The notes: generated by a model from the letters alone, not told the origin. A DNA stretch of 64,000 bases from Candidatus Fervidifonticultor secundus (GCA_031459385.1 JAVKIP010000009.1:32001-96000); one strand, 5' to 3'; positions 26,553 through 36,849 are shown, counted from the stretch's first letter. Made by a program: numbers and translations.

Positions 26553-27155
26553 TCAGGGCCGCTCGCCGAGGCCGGAAAGGTCGTCAGCGGTGTCGACGTC
26601 TGCGGCCGCCTCGTCGGGGAGCGGTACCGCCACCCCCTGCGTCGGGTAGCGCTCGATGACGCTGCGGGCGCCGCGGTCGCCCTCGAGCGTGAGCAGCTCG
26701 AGGAACAGGGCCCGGTCGAAGTATGCGGGCGGGCCGACCACGCCGCGAGCGGTCGAGGCCACGATGCGATGGCCGCCTGCGACCGCGGTCTCGATCAGGT
26801 GGTCGATCATCTCGGCCGTGACCAGGGGCTGGTCGCCGAGCAGGATCACGACGCCGCTGGCCTCGGGCGAGACCGCGGCCACGCCGACGCGGATCGAGGA
26901 TCCCATGCCCTCAGCCGGATCCGGGTTCTCCACCACGCGCACCGGCAGCCCGTCGAGGAGCGGCCGGTAGACGGCCGCATGCGTCCCCCCCAGCACCACC
27001 ACCACCTCGCGGCAGCGCGAGGCGGTCGCGGCCTGCGCGACGCGGCGGAGGATCGGGGTTCCCCGCACGGGCAGGGCGAGCTTCGGCCGTCCCATGCGGG
27101 TGCTGGCGCCGGCGGCCAGCACCACGGCCGCCGGCCACAGCGAACGCTCGCTCAT
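26553..27155 (-). CDS. mocA: Molybdenum cofactor cytidylyltransferase-like nucleotidyltransferase
   Basis: VVLAAGASTRMGRPKL, LGDQP, GDRGAR, DVDT; in cox cluster. Confidence 0.85.
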   Translation of the reverse strand: MSERSLWPAAVVLAAGASTRMGRPKLALPVRGTPILRRVAQAATASRCREVVVVLGGTHAAVYRPLLDGLPVRVVENPDPAEGMGSSIRVGVAAVSPEASGVVILLGDQPLVTAEMIDHLIETAVAGGHRIVASTARGVVGPPAYFDRALFLELLTLEGDRGARSVIERYPTQGVAVPLPDEAAADVDTADDLSGLGERP

Positions 27156-28276
27156 CCGGCGGGCACGGACTCGTGGATGGGCGCGCGGCGCGCCCGCAGG
27201 AAGCCGCCCTGCCGCCGGCGGGCCACGGCCAGGATCTCGGCGAGGGCAGCCAGGGCGATCTCGTCGGGTGTCTCGCTGCCGATGTCCAGGCCCACGGGGC
27301 CGTAGATCTGCGCGCGCCGCGCATCGTCGATCACCACGCCCTCCCCCGCCAGGTCCGCCAGGATCCTGTCGGTGCGCGCGCGAGGGCCGAGCATCCCCAG
27401 GTAGGCCACGGGCGTGGGCAGGAACGCCCGCAGCAGGTCACGGTCGTGCAGGTAGTTGTGGGTCATGATCAGCACGTAGGTGTGCGCGTCGGTCGGCACG
27501 GCCTGGCCCGCCTCGGGAAACTCGGTCTTCACGAACCCCGACGCGCCGGGGAAGCGCTCCGGGGTCAGGAACGCCTCGCGGCGATCCACGACCAGCACGC
27601 GCCAGCCCAGCTGCGCGGCGAACCGCACCACCGGAATGGCGTCGTGGCCCGCGCCGCAGACGACCAGGCGCAGCGGCGGGTGCAGCACTTCCACGAAGAG
27701 GCGCACCGGGCCACCGTCGGCCTGTGCCCGGTGGACGCCGGTGCGCAGCTCGGCCCGGGCCGCCGCCGCCAACCGCGCAGCCTCGATCTCCAGGGCGGGA
27801 TCGCCGAGCCCGCCGGCACGGCGGCCATCAGCCCAGACCACCAGGCGTCGGCCCGCGGGGACGGCGGGCGTACCCTCGACGACGGTGACCACCGTCACGG
27901 TCTCCTCGGCGGCGAGCGCACTCCGCACAGCCTCCCACAGCACGTCGGCAGCGGTGGTCGGCTCCACGAACACCTCGATGGCGCCGTTGCAACCCAGCCC
28001 CAGCCCCCAGACCATGTCGTCGTCGGCGGTGAGGTCGTAGGTGACCAGGCGCGGCGCGCCCTGCGCCAGGACCTCCTCGGCGACCACGGCGACGTCGCCC
28101 TCCAGGCACCCGCCGCTGATGTTGCCCACCTGCCGGCCCCCGGCAGCGATGAGCAGACGCGCACCGGCGCGCCGGTACGTCGATCCGCGCACGCCGACGA
28201 TGGTGGCCAGCGCCACCGCCTCGCCGCGCGCCCGCGCCTCTTCCACTGCGGTGAGGATCTCCTGCAGTTCCTTCAT
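27152..28276 (-). CDS. XdhC/CoxI family Mo-cofactor maturation protein
   Basis: GSTYRRAGA, ISGGCLEGD, GLGLGCNG, GAGHDA, MTHNY, PVGLDIGSETPDEIA. Confidence 0.9.
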   Translation of the reverse strand: MKELQEILTAVEEARARGEAVALATIVGVRGSTYRRAGARLLIAAGGRQVGNISGGCLEGDVAVVAEEVLAQGAPRLVTYDLTADDDMVWGLGLGCNGAIEVFVEPTTAADVLWEAVRSALAAEETVTVVTVVEGTPAVPAGRRLVVWADGRRAGGLGDPALEIEAARLAAAARAELRTGVHRAQADGGPVRLFVEVLHPPLRLVVCGAGHDAIPVVRFAAQLGWRVLVVDRREAFLTPERFPGASGFVKTEFPEAGQAVPTDAHTYVLIMTHNYLHDRDLLRAFLPTPVAYLGMLGPRARTDRILADLAGEGVVIDDARRAQIYGPVGLDIGSETPDEIALAALAEILAVARRRQGGFLRARRAPIHESVPAG

Positions 28277-29415
28277 CGGCCTGTCGTCCCCAGGTGCCGT
28301 TCCAGCCGGCGCAGGCTCTCCAGATTGTGCGCCGGCGCGAACACGTCGACGTAGGGCAGGGCCACCCGCATGCCCTGGCAGATCGGCTCGTAGCCCGGGC
28401 TGGCCAGCAGCGGGTTGAGCCAGATCACCTTGGCGGCACGGCGGTGGAGCTCGTCCATCGCGCGCTCCAGCACGTCCATTTCGCCCGTGTCCCAGCCGTC
28501 GCTGATGACGATGACCACCGTGCGGCGGTCGAGCAGGGCCCCGTAGCGCTCCAGGAAGTCCCGCAGGCTTCGGCCGATCTTCGTGCCCCCCGACCAGTCG
28601 GGGACCTGGCGCGCCACCGCGTCGAGGGCGGCCTGCAGGTCCTCGTGGGCCAGCTGCCCCGTGATCCGGCTGAGGCTGGTGCTGAACACGAAGGTCTCGA
28701 CCCGGCCGGTAGCGTGCTGCAACGCGTAGACGAACTGAATGAGGAACCGGCTGTAGAGGTCCATCGAGCCGCTCACGTCGCACAGCAGCACGATGCGGCT
28801 CTTCTGGATCTTGCGCTCGCGCCGCAGGATCTCCACCATCTCGCCGCCCCGGCGCAGGCTGTGGCGCATCGTGCGGCGCAGGTCGACCAGGTGCCCCCGG
28901 GCGCTGCGCCGCGTGCGGCGCGACAGCCGCGTGGCTACCCGCCGCGCGATGGCCGCCACGATCCGCGTCATCTCGTTGAGCTCGTCGGGGGTGAAGGCGC
29001 TGAAGTCCTTGCGCGTCAGCGCCTCGACCGGGCTGTAGGCAGGGAGGTGCTCGCCCTCGTCGTCGCCGTCGGCCTCGGCCGCATCCTGCCACTCGAGCAG
29101 CACGCGGTCCAGAGCCTGCTGCGGGTCGAGGATCAGGTCGCCTTCCTGCGCGGCCGCCGCCAGCGGATCCGGGTCCGGCCGGGGCCCCCAGTACTGCCAG
29201 AACGCCTCGTCGAAGATATGCTGGGCGTCCTGCCCCGAGGCCAGCACCGCCCGCAACGCCAGGTAGACCTCGCGCCGGTCGCCGATGTCCACGCTGGCCA
29301 GCGCCCGCAGGGCATCGGCCGCCTCCTGCGGCCCGACCGGCAGCCCCCGCGCCCGCAGCAGGCGGCAGAATCCCACCACGTTGGCGGCCAGGTTCGCCCA
29401 GCGGGCGTGGTCTAC
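28273..29415 (-). CDS. coxE: VWA domain CO dehydrogenase accessory protein
   Basis: LCDVSGSM, DWSGGTKIG, ISDGWDTG, IWLNPL; start uncertain. Confidence 0.88.
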   Translation of the reverse strand, partial: VDHARWANLAANVVGFCRLLRARGLPVGPQEAADALRALASVDIGDRREVYLALRAVLASGQDAQHIFDEAFWQYWGPRPDPDPLAAAAQEGDLILDPQQALDRVLLEWQDAAEADGDDEGEHLPAYSPVEALTRKDFSAFTPDELNEMTRIVAAIARRVATRLSRRTRRSARGHLVDLRRTMRHSLRRGGEMVEILRRERKIQKSRIVLLCDVSGSMDLYSRFLIQFVYALQHATGRVETFVFSTSLSRITGQLAHEDLQAALDAVARQVPDWSGGTKIGRSLRDFLERYGALLDRRTVVIVISDGWDTGEMDVLERAMDELHRRAAKVIWLNPLLASPGYEPICQGMRVALPYVDVFAPAHNLESLRRLERHLGTTGR

Positions 29416-30362
29416 CGCCGGGCGTCCAGCCGCTGCGCGACCTGCGCGATGCGCTCCTGGCTCCACGGGGCTCCGTCCCTGTCCAGCGCGGCGACGCCGT
29501 CCAGCAGGCGATCCAGCCACTGGGTCCGGATCAGCGCCGCGTCGTCCTGGTGCTTGAACAGCACCCCCAGCGTCTCCTCCACCGTATCCCGGTCGAGGTG
29601 CTCGCGGTGCAGCGCGAGCAGCGCCGCGGTCCAGTCCAGCGTCTCAGCCACGCCGGGGGTCTTCTCCAGCCTGATCCGGCGTACCAGCTGCATGAACGCC
29701 GCGATCTGCTCGGCCAGCTGGGCGTTGGCGCCGGGCACCTTGCGCCGGACGATCTCCAGTTCCTTCTCGAAGGTGGGATAGTCGATCCACAGGTACAGGC
29801 AGCGCCGGCGCAGGGCGTCGCCCAGCTCGCGGGTGCGGTTGCTCGTCAGCACCACGTAGGGAGTGGCGCTGGCGCGGATCGTGCCGATCTCGGGGATCGT
29901 CACCTGGAAATCGGAGAGGACCTCGAGCAGAAACGCCTCGAACTCGATGTCCGCGCGGTCGATCTCGTCCACCAGGAGCACCGGCGCCGTCTCGCGGGTG
30001 ATGGCGTCCAGCAGCGGGCGCTTCAGCAGGAAGGGCTCGCTGAAGATCTCGGCTTCGCGCTCCTCCAGGGTCCGGTCGCTGTTCTCCGACAGCCGGATGT
30101 GCAGCAGCTGGCGCTGGTAGTTCCACTCGTAGAGTGCCGTGGTGGCGTCCAGCCCCTCGTAGCACTGCAACCGGATCAGGTCAGTGCCCAGCGACCGGGC
30201 CATGACCTTGGCGACCTCGGTCTTGCCCACCCCCGCCGCGCCCTCGATGAGCAGCGGCTTGCGCAGGGCGATGGACAGGTAGACGCTGGTGGCGATGGCG
30301 CGGTCGGCGACGTAGCCCTGCCCGGCCAGCAGCTCCTGGATGCGCTTGATCTCTGAATGCAT
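29412..30362 (-). CDS. coxD: MoxR AAA+ ATPase
   Basis: EGAAGVGKT, RLQCYEGLD, YEWNY, DEIDRAD, DALRRRC. Confidence 0.92.
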   Translation of the reverse strand: MHSEIKRIQELLAGQGYVADRAIATSVYLSIALRKPLLIEGAAGVGKTEVAKVMARSLGTDLIRLQCYEGLDATTALYEWNYQRQLLHIRLSENSDRTLEEREAEIFSEPFLLKRPLLDAITRETAPVLLVDEIDRADIEFEAFLLEVLSDFQVTIPEIGTIRASATPYVVLTSNRTRELGDALRRRCLYLWIDYPTFEKELEIVRRKVPGANAQLAEQIAAFMQLVRRIRLEKTPGVAETLDWTAALLALHREHLDRDTVEETLGVLFKHQDDAALIRTQWLDRLLDGVAALDRDGAPWSQERIAQVAQRLDARR

Positions 30363-30477
30363 CGATCACTCCGCCCGTCGATGTACCCGTCCGTTTCCAC
30401 AAACGAAGAGGGATGGCCGCGCCATCCCACTTTCCATCTTACCGGATCCGCGGGCGCCCGTCCATCCGCCTGGCCCT

Positions 30478-30921
30478 TCACGCGTCGAGCCGCGTCTTCA
30501 CACAGGCGAACGCCTCGGTCGTCTTCTTCTCCACCGTGCTCTGAAGCAGCCGGGCGCCCGCCGTGGCCAGGGTGCCGCTGACCACGACCTCGGCCTGCCA
30601 GTCCAGCCGCGTGCCCTCGGGCGCCTCGGCCAGGTCCAGCGTGCTGCGCAGGTCCACAGCGCTGCCCAGGCCGCCGCCGTGCCCGGTGAGGACCGCGTGC
30701 GCCGGCGGCTGTAGGTCGGCCATCGTGACCTCGACGGTGAAGTTCCCCTTGATGAACCCCACGCCGACGCGCACCACGGCCCGGAACCGCCCGTCGCCGA
30801 GGACCTCCAGCGCCTGCACGTCGGGCAGGCACTGGCTCACCGCGTGGGGATCGAGCAGAAACGCCCAGACCTGCTCGCGCGGTGCGCGCACGATGAGGCT
30901 CCCCTGGAACCGCAGCGCCAC
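30478..30921 (-). CDS. coxG: CoxG/SRPBCC family protein
   Basis: APREQVWAFLLDP..SQCLP, VGVGFIKG, GTLATAGARL. Confidence 0.85.
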   Translation of the reverse strand: MALRFQGSLIVRAPREQVWAFLLDPHAVSQCLPDVQALEVLGDGRFRAVVRVGVGFIKGNFTVEVTMADLQPPAHAVLTGHGGGLGSAVDLRSTLDLAEAPEGTRLDWQAEVVVSGTLATAGARLLQSTVEKKTTEAFACVKTRLDA

Positions 30922-30923
30922 CG

Positions 30924-31970
30924 CTACGACCCCACCATGAGATACCGCGCCGGGTCGGCTGCGAACGTCTGGCGGCAGTGGGCGCAACAGAAGTAGACGC
31001 GCACGCCGCCGTGCTCCAGGGTGTGCACCGCGCCCGCCACCGCCACCGTCATCCCGCACACTGGGTCCACCGCCTCGGCGGCCGAGGCATCCACAGTGAC
31101 CGCGGTATCCGGGGCAGCCGCTGCCGGCACGGCGCGCAGCCCCGGCGCGGGTGGCGCGTCGCCCGCCGCCTCGTGCCCTCCCGGCGCGCCTACCTCTCGC
31201 CGCGCCCGGTACGCCCCGATCACCTCGGCGACGATACTGACCGCGATCTCCTCGGGCGTGACCGCGCCGATGTCGAGCCCGGCGGGAGCCCGCAGCGCAT
31301 CCACCCCCACGGGGTCGGCCCCCCGACGGGCCAGGTCGCGGCGCACCGCCATGGCACGCTTCGGGCTCGCCACCAGCCCCACGTAGGCGGCCCCGGCCCC
31401 GAGCACGCGCGCCAGCACGTCCTCGTCGTACTGGCCCATGCTGGCCACCACCACATAGGCGCCGACCACGAGCCCTTCTTGGAACTCGTGCAGCGCAAGG
31501 GTGCGGTCGTCCGCGCCCACGGCGTCGTCCTTGCCCGCCCGCACCCGCCAGACGTCGAATCCGGTCAGGCGCCCCAGGGCGGCCAGCGCGTCCGCCAGGG
31601 GGGCGTCCCCGACGACCACCAGGCGGGGCGGCGGCAGCACCGGCTCCAGGTAGATCTCCAGCGTCCCGCCGCTGTGGCACGTCATGGGCTGTTCGATCAC
31701 CCCTTCCCGCTCCAGGCGTCCGGCGGCCGTCGGGCTCAACCGCAGCAGCCCCGCCCGGCCGCTGTGGAGCAGGTGGAGCCCCTCGCGCACGACCACCGTA
31801 TGCGCGCAGCTGCCGCCGACCCAGCCCTCGAGCCGGCCGTCGGCCGTCAGGATCGCCTTCATCCCGGGCCGGGCCGACGCGGGACGCTCGATGCGGACCA
31901 CCGTGGCCAGCACGAACGGCTCCCCGCTGGCCCGCAGGGCCTGGGCGCGGTCGAGCAGATCGCCCCTCAC
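30924..31970 (-). CDS. XdhC/CoxF-like protein with C-terminal YHS domain
   Basis: GWVGGSC, MTCHSGGTLEIYLEP, PAGLDIGA.TPEEIA; YHS DPVCGM...YFCCAHCRQTFAADPARY. Confidence 0.88.
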   Translation of the reverse strand: MRGDLLDRAQALRASGEPFVLATVVRIERPASARPGMKAILTADGRLEGWVGGSCAHTVVVREGLHLLHSGRAGLLRLSPTAAGRLEREGVIEQPMTCHSGGTLEIYLEPVLPPPRLVVVGDAPLADALAALGRLTGFDVWRVRAGKDDAVGADDRTLALHEFQEGLVVGAYVVVASMGQYDEDVLARVLGAGAAYVGLVASPKRAMAVRRDLARRGADPVGVDALRAPAGLDIGAVTPEEIAVSIVAEVIGAYRARREVGAPGGHEAAGDAPPAPGLRAVPAAAAPDTAVTVDASAAEAVDPVCGMTVAVAGAVHTLEHGGVRVYFCCAHCRQTFAADPARYLMVGS

Positions 31971-32049
31971 CGGCCGGAGCCCCCCGCCACCGACAGATCG
32001 TCCGTCACGGCCACTCGCCCCCCACCGCGGCCCGCGACGCGCCCACGGC

Positions 32050-34401
32050 CTACTCCGTCACGCCGTGGGCGCGCAGCACCTGCCACACCTTCCAGGGCGT
32101 GATGGGGATGTCGATGTGGCGCACGCCCAGGTGCCACAGCGCATCGATCACGGCGTTGGCGATCGCGGCCGGCGCCCCCACCGTGGCCGACTCGCCCACG
32201 CCCTTGGCGCCCAGCGGGTGGTGCGGGGACGGCGTCACGGTCTTGTCGGTCTCCCACCGCGGCGTCTCCACCGCCGTGGGCAGCAGGTAGTCCATGAAGC
32301 TCCCGCCGCGGATGTTGCCGTCCTCGTCGTAGGTGATCTCCTCGTAGAGGGCCGGGGCCAGGCCCATGGTGAGCCCGCCGTGGATCTGCCCCTCCACGAT
32401 CATGGGGTTGATGATGTTGCCGCAGTCGTCTACCGCCACGAACCGCCGGATCTTGACCTCGCCCGTACCCTTGTCGATGTCCACCACGCAGATGTAGCTG
32501 CCGAAGGGGAAGGTCAGGTTCGGCGGGTCGTAGTAGGCCACCGCCTCGAGCCCGGCCTCCAGCCCCTGCGGGTGGTTGGTGTAGGCGGCAAAGGCGATCT
32601 CCTGAATGGTCTTGGCACGCTGCGGCGCCCCCCGCACGTAGAACCGGCCGCGCTCCCAGACCAGGTCGTCTTCGTGCGCCTCGAGCAGGTGCGCCGCGAT
32701 CTTGCGGGCCTTGTCGCGGATCTTGCGGGCGGCCACCGCCCCGGCGGCGCCCGCCGTGGGGGTGCTGCGGCTGGCGTAGGTGCCCAGCCCGTAGGGTGCC
32801 GTGTCGGTGTCGCCTTCCTCCACCACGATGTCCGCCTCGGGGATGCCCAGCTCGTGGGCGATGATCTGCGCGTAGGTGGTCTCGTGGCCCTGGCCCTGCG
32901 ACTTGGTGCCGAACCGCGCTACGACCTTGCCGGTGGGGTGGATGCGGATCTCGGCGCTGTCGAACATCTTCAGGCCCAGGATGTCGAAGGTGTGGGACGG
33001 CCCGGCGCCTACGATCTCGGTGAAGCTGGAGATCCCGATACCCATGAGCTCACCGCGTCGGCGCCGCTCGGCCTGCTCGCGGCGCAGGTCGGCGTAGCCA
33101 ATCTTCTCCATGGCCTTCTGCAGCGCCGCGTGGTAGTTGCCGCTGTCGTAGGTCCACCCCAGCGCGGAGCGGTACGGGAACTGCTCGGGCCGGATGAAGT
33201 TCTTCAGGCGGAACTCGGCGGGATCCATGCCCAGCTGGTGGGCCAAGATGTCCACCATGCGCTCGATGGTGTACGACGCCTCGGTGACGCGGAACGAGCA
33301 CCGGTAGGCGATGCCGCCCGGCGGCTTGTTGGTGTAGACCCCGTCCACCTCGGCGAAGGCCGTCTGGAAGTCGTAGGAGCCGGTGCAGATGGAGAACAGG
33401 CCCGCGGGGAACTTGGACGGGTTGGCCGCGGCGTCGAAGGCGCCATGGTCGGCGACGGTCTTGACCCGCAGCGCGGTGAGCCGGCCGTCCCGGGTGGCGG
33501 CCAGCTCGGCCGTGATGTGGTAGTCGCGGGCGAAGGAGTCGGCCTGCAGGTTCTCCATGCGGTCCTCGATCCACTTCACCGGCTTGCCGGTGAGCACCGA
33601 GGCGGCCACCGCCAGGACGTAGCCGGGGTAGACGGGGACCTTGCCGCCGAAGCCGCCACCGATGTCGGGCGAGATGACCCGGATCTTGTGCTCGGCCAGC
33701 CCCAGGTGGCCGGCCACCAGGGCCACCACCGTGCGGATGGCGTGCGGCGCCTGGGTGGTCATCCACAGGGTGAGCCTGGCCTCCACCGGGTCCCACCAGG
33801 CGACGCACCCGCACGTCTCGATGGACGAGACGTGGATGCGCGGGATGTAGATGTCCTGCGCCACGGTGACGTCAGCCGCGCGGAACGCGCGGTCGGTCGC
33901 GTCCCGGTCGCCCACTTCCCAGTGCCAGATGTGGTTGGTCTTCTGCTCGCGGTCCTGGCGGATCACCGGGGCGCCGGGCTCGAGAGCCTTGCGCGGGTCG
34001 ATGACGACCGGCAGCGGCTCGTAGTCCACCTCCACGGCGGCGACCCCGTCGGCCGCGGCGTACCGGTCCGTCGCCAGCACCGCGGCCACTTCCTGGGCCT
34101 GGTAGAGCACGGTGTCGATCGGCAGCACCATCTGCCGGTCCGACATCAAGGTCGGCATCCAGGCCAGCCCGTATCTGTCCAGGTCCCGGCCCGTGATCAC
34201 GGCCAGCACGCCCGGGATCGCCAGGGCCTTCTCGCTGCGGATCGCCTTGATCCTGGCGTGGGCGTACGGGCTGCGCACGATGTCCAAGTAGAGCATGCCG
34301 GGCAGCGTGATGTCGTCGATGTAGGTGCCCTTGCCGCGGAGGAACCGCGCATCCTCCTTGCGCTTGACCGCGTGCCCCATGCCGTGCGCCTGCGTGGCCA
34401 T
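32050..34401 (-). CDS. coxL: Aerobic CO dehydrogenase large subunit, form I
   Basis: Active-site loop GGIAYRCSFRVTEA; GGGFGGKV, QGQGHET, GAKGVGES. Confidence 0.95.
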   Translation of the reverse strand: MATQAHGMGHAVKRKEDARFLRGKGTYIDDITLPGMLYLDIVRSPYAHARIKAIRSEKALAIPGVLAVITGRDLDRYGLAWMPTLMSDRQMVLPIDTVLYQAQEVAAVLATDRYAAADGVAAVEVDYEPLPVVIDPRKALEPGAPVIRQDREQKTNHIWHWEVGDRDATDRAFRAADVTVAQDIYIPRIHVSSIETCGCVAWWDPVEARLTLWMTTQAPHAIRTVVALVAGHLGLAEHKIRVISPDIGGGFGGKVPVYPGYVLAVAASVLTGKPVKWIEDRMENLQADSFARDYHITAELAATRDGRLTALRVKTVADHGAFDAAANPSKFPAGLFSICTGSYDFQTAFAEVDGVYTNKPPGGIAYRCSFRVTEASYTIERMVDILAHQLGMDPAEFRLKNFIRPEQFPYRSALGWTYDSGNYHAALQKAMEKIGYADLRREQAERRRRGELMGIGISSFTEIVGAGPSHTFDILGLKMFDSAEIRIHPTGKVVARFGTKSQGQGHETTYAQIIAHELGIPEADIVVEEGDTDTAPYGLGTYASRSTPTAGAAGAVAARKIRDKARKIAAHLLEAHEDDLVWERGRFYVRGAPQRAKTIQEIAFAAYTNHPQGLEAGLEAVAYYDPPNLTFPFGSYICVVDIDKGTGEVKIRRFVAVDDCGNIINPMIVEGQIHGGLTMGLAPALYEEITYDEDGNIRGGSFMDYLLPTAVETPRWETDKTVTPSPHHPLGAKGVGESATVGAPAAIANAVIDALWHLGVRHIDIPITPWKVWQVLRAHGVTE

Positions 34402-34403
34402 GG

Positions 34404-34904
<501 letters not shown>

Positions 34905-34905
34905 C

Positions 34906-35781
34906 TCACGCCCTCCCCGAGGCCCGCTCCAGGGCCCGTCTCAGCGCCCGTGCCAGGAGCACCCGCACCATGTCGCGCTTGTATTCGGCCGGCCCACGCA
35001 GGTCGCTGGCCGGGTCGGCTTCCGCTGCAGCCGCCTGGGCCGCGCGGGCGATGGCCGCCGCGTCGGGCACCCGGCCCAGGAGCGCCTCCTCGGCGCCCCG
35101 CGCCCGCAGCGAGGTGGGCCCGACGTTGCACAGCCCGATGCCCACCGACGCACAGGTCCCGCGGGCGTCCAGCGCCAGCTGCACGCCCACGGCAGCGACG
35201 GCGAAGTCGCCCACCTTGCGCTCCAATTTCAGGTACGCGCCGCCGCTATGTGGGCCCGGCCGCGGCACGCGGATCTCGGTGAGGAGCTCGTCGGGCTCCA
35301 GCGCCGTCGTGAACGTGTCGACGAAGAAGTCGTCGATGGGCACCACGCGCTCGCCCCGCGGGCCGGTCGCCACCACCGACGCCCGGGCCGCCAGCATCGC
35401 TGCGCCCCAGTCGCCGGCCGGGTCCGCGTGGGCCAGCGACCCGCCCACGGTGCCCATGTTCCGCACCAGCGGGTCGGCGATGACCCGGGCCGCGTCGGCC
35501 AGCAGCGGGTAGCGCTGCCGCAGCAGGTCGGAGGCCTCCATCTCGGCGTGGCGGGTCATGGCGCCGATGCGCAGCACCCCGTCCGCCTCCTGCAGACCCG
35601 CCAGACCGGGAATGCGGTTCAGGTCCACCAGGTAGCGCGGCGACGCCAGGCGCAGCTTCATCAGCGGAATCAGGCTGTGCCCGCCGGCCAGGGGCTTCGC
35701 CTCCGGCCCGTGCGTCCGCAGCGCCTCCAGCGCCTCGGCGACGCTGGTGGGCGCCAGGTAGTCGAACCGATCCGGGATCAT
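34906..35781 (-). CDS. coxM: CO dehydrogenase medium (FAD) subunit
   Basis: [38 protein letters not shown]. Confidence 0.93.
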   Translation of the reverse strand: MIPDRFDYLAPTSVAEALEALRTHGPEAKPLAGGHSLIPLMKLRLASPRYLVDLNRIPGLAGLQEADGVLRIGAMTRHAEMEASDLLRQRYPLLADAARVIADPLVRNMGTVGGSLAHADPAGDWGAAMLAARASVVATGPRGERVVPIDDFFVDTFTTALEPDELLTEIRVPRPGPHSGGAYLKLERKVGDFAVAAVGVQLALDARGTCASVGIGLCNVGPTSLRARGAEEALLGRVPDAAAIARAAQAAAAEADPASDLRGPAEYKRDMVRVLLARALRRALERASGRA

Positions 35782-36078
35782 CCCGCCCCACCCCCTATGC
35801 CTGCGTCTGCGCGGCGCGATGGCGCGCCCGCGCGAGAGATCCACCACGTTGCGGCCGAGCGGCCGTCCCAGGAGAAACAGCGCCGGACCGAGCTCGTACC
35901 GGCGTGAGGCCGGCGCGAACTCCACGAAACCGAGTGCGGTGAGGGTCTTGAGCAGGTTGTGGCAGGTACTCTTGTTGAGGCCCAGCACCCTGTGGATCTG
36001 GGCCAGGGACGCGCCGCGGCTCCCCCGGCGTTCGAGGTACCGGAGGATCGCCACGGCTCTGACCACAGCGGGTACCAC
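35782..36078 (-). CDS. IclR-type HTH domain without effector domain, in frame with coxM
   Basis: VPAVVRAVAILRYL...SLAQIHRVLGLNKSTCHNLLKTLTALGFVE...YELGPAL; no stop before coxM ATG. Confidence 0.65.
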
Positions 36079-36127
36079 CGGCTCCCCCCCGAGCAGTAGT
36101 CAGTACCGGTCCGCTGGCGACAGAAAC

Positions 36128-36145
36128 CGTTCTTTAGAGAGAACG
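36128..36145. promoter_or_regulatory. Inverted repeat CGTTCT-N6-AGAACG, putative operator of the cox operon
   Basis: Palindrome just downstream of the predicted promoter. Confidence 0.5.
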
Positions 36146-36169
36146 ACAGTTCCCGGTGCTGTTGTGCCA

Positions 36170-36198
36170 ATAATGGGCGGACCGCGGAGACCTGTCAA
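36170..36198 (-). promoter_or_regulatory. Sigma70-type promoter TTGACA-N17-CATTAT for the cox operon
   Basis: Perfect -35 with 17-bp spacer. Confidence 0.65.
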
Positions 36199-36323
36199 CC
36201 CCCATGACGAGGCGGGAAAGCGTGCCTGGACCGAAAGTCGGCCGACGCAGGCCGCGGGGCGAGGCGCGCCGCGGGTGGGGATGGCGCCACGCGCCACAGG
36301 GAGGGTGGTACGGTTCCGGGGGA

Positions 36324-36776
36324 CTACGTGCGCCGCGGGCGGGCGTCGACCTCCCGCTCGAGGGCTTTGAAGAACTCACCCGCCAGCTGCTTGGCCACGC
36401 CGCCGAACAGCCGGTGGCCCACGCTCATGAGCACGCCGGTCACCTGCGCGTCGCCCACGTAGGTCACGAGCGTCTGATCGCCCTGGGCCTGTAGCGTGAG
36501 CGCGCCGGTGGCCTTGATGGTGCCGGTGCGGCCGCTGCCTTCGACCACGAGCGTCATCTTCTCGGGCTCGACCTGATCGGTGATGCGCACCCTGCCGTCG
36601 TAGGATCCCTTGACCGGGCCTACGGCCAGCTCGATGGTGGCCGCGTACTCGTTGGGGCCGGCCGGCCGCAGCGCCTTGAGCCCCGGGGTAGTCCGGGTGA
36701 GCACGTCGGGATCGTTCAGCGCGGCCCACACCCGCTCGCGCGGCGCGGGCAGCACGTACTGCCCCTCGATCTTCAT
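36324..36776 (-). CDS. coxG: Second CoxG/SRPBCC family protein
   Basis: MKIEGQY.LPAPRERVWAALNDPDVL, VGPVKGSY, GVLMSVGHRL. Confidence 0.88.
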   Translation of the reverse strand: MKIEGQYVLPAPRERVWAALNDPDVLTRTTPGLKALRPAGPNEYAATIELAVGPVKGSYDGRVRITDQVEPEKMTLVVEGSGRTGTIKATGALTLQAQGDQTLVTYVGDAQVTGVLMSVGHRLFGGVAKQLAGEFFKALEREVDARPRRT

Positions 36777-36819
36777 CGACCGATCCTCCTGCGCAGGCAA
36801 CCGAACCGCGTGCAGGGTC

Positions 36820-36849
36820 ACTATAGCGACGCCGCCGTCGCGAAGTCAA
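36820..36849 (-). promoter_or_regulatory. Promoter TTGACT-N18-TATAGT for upstream coxG
   Basis: Near-consensus -35/-10. Confidence 0.6.

Noticed and set aside
36155..36168. TGGCAC on the minus strand as a possible sigma54 promoter
   Set aside because: No TTGC at the required -12 spacing; a sigma70 promoter explains the region.
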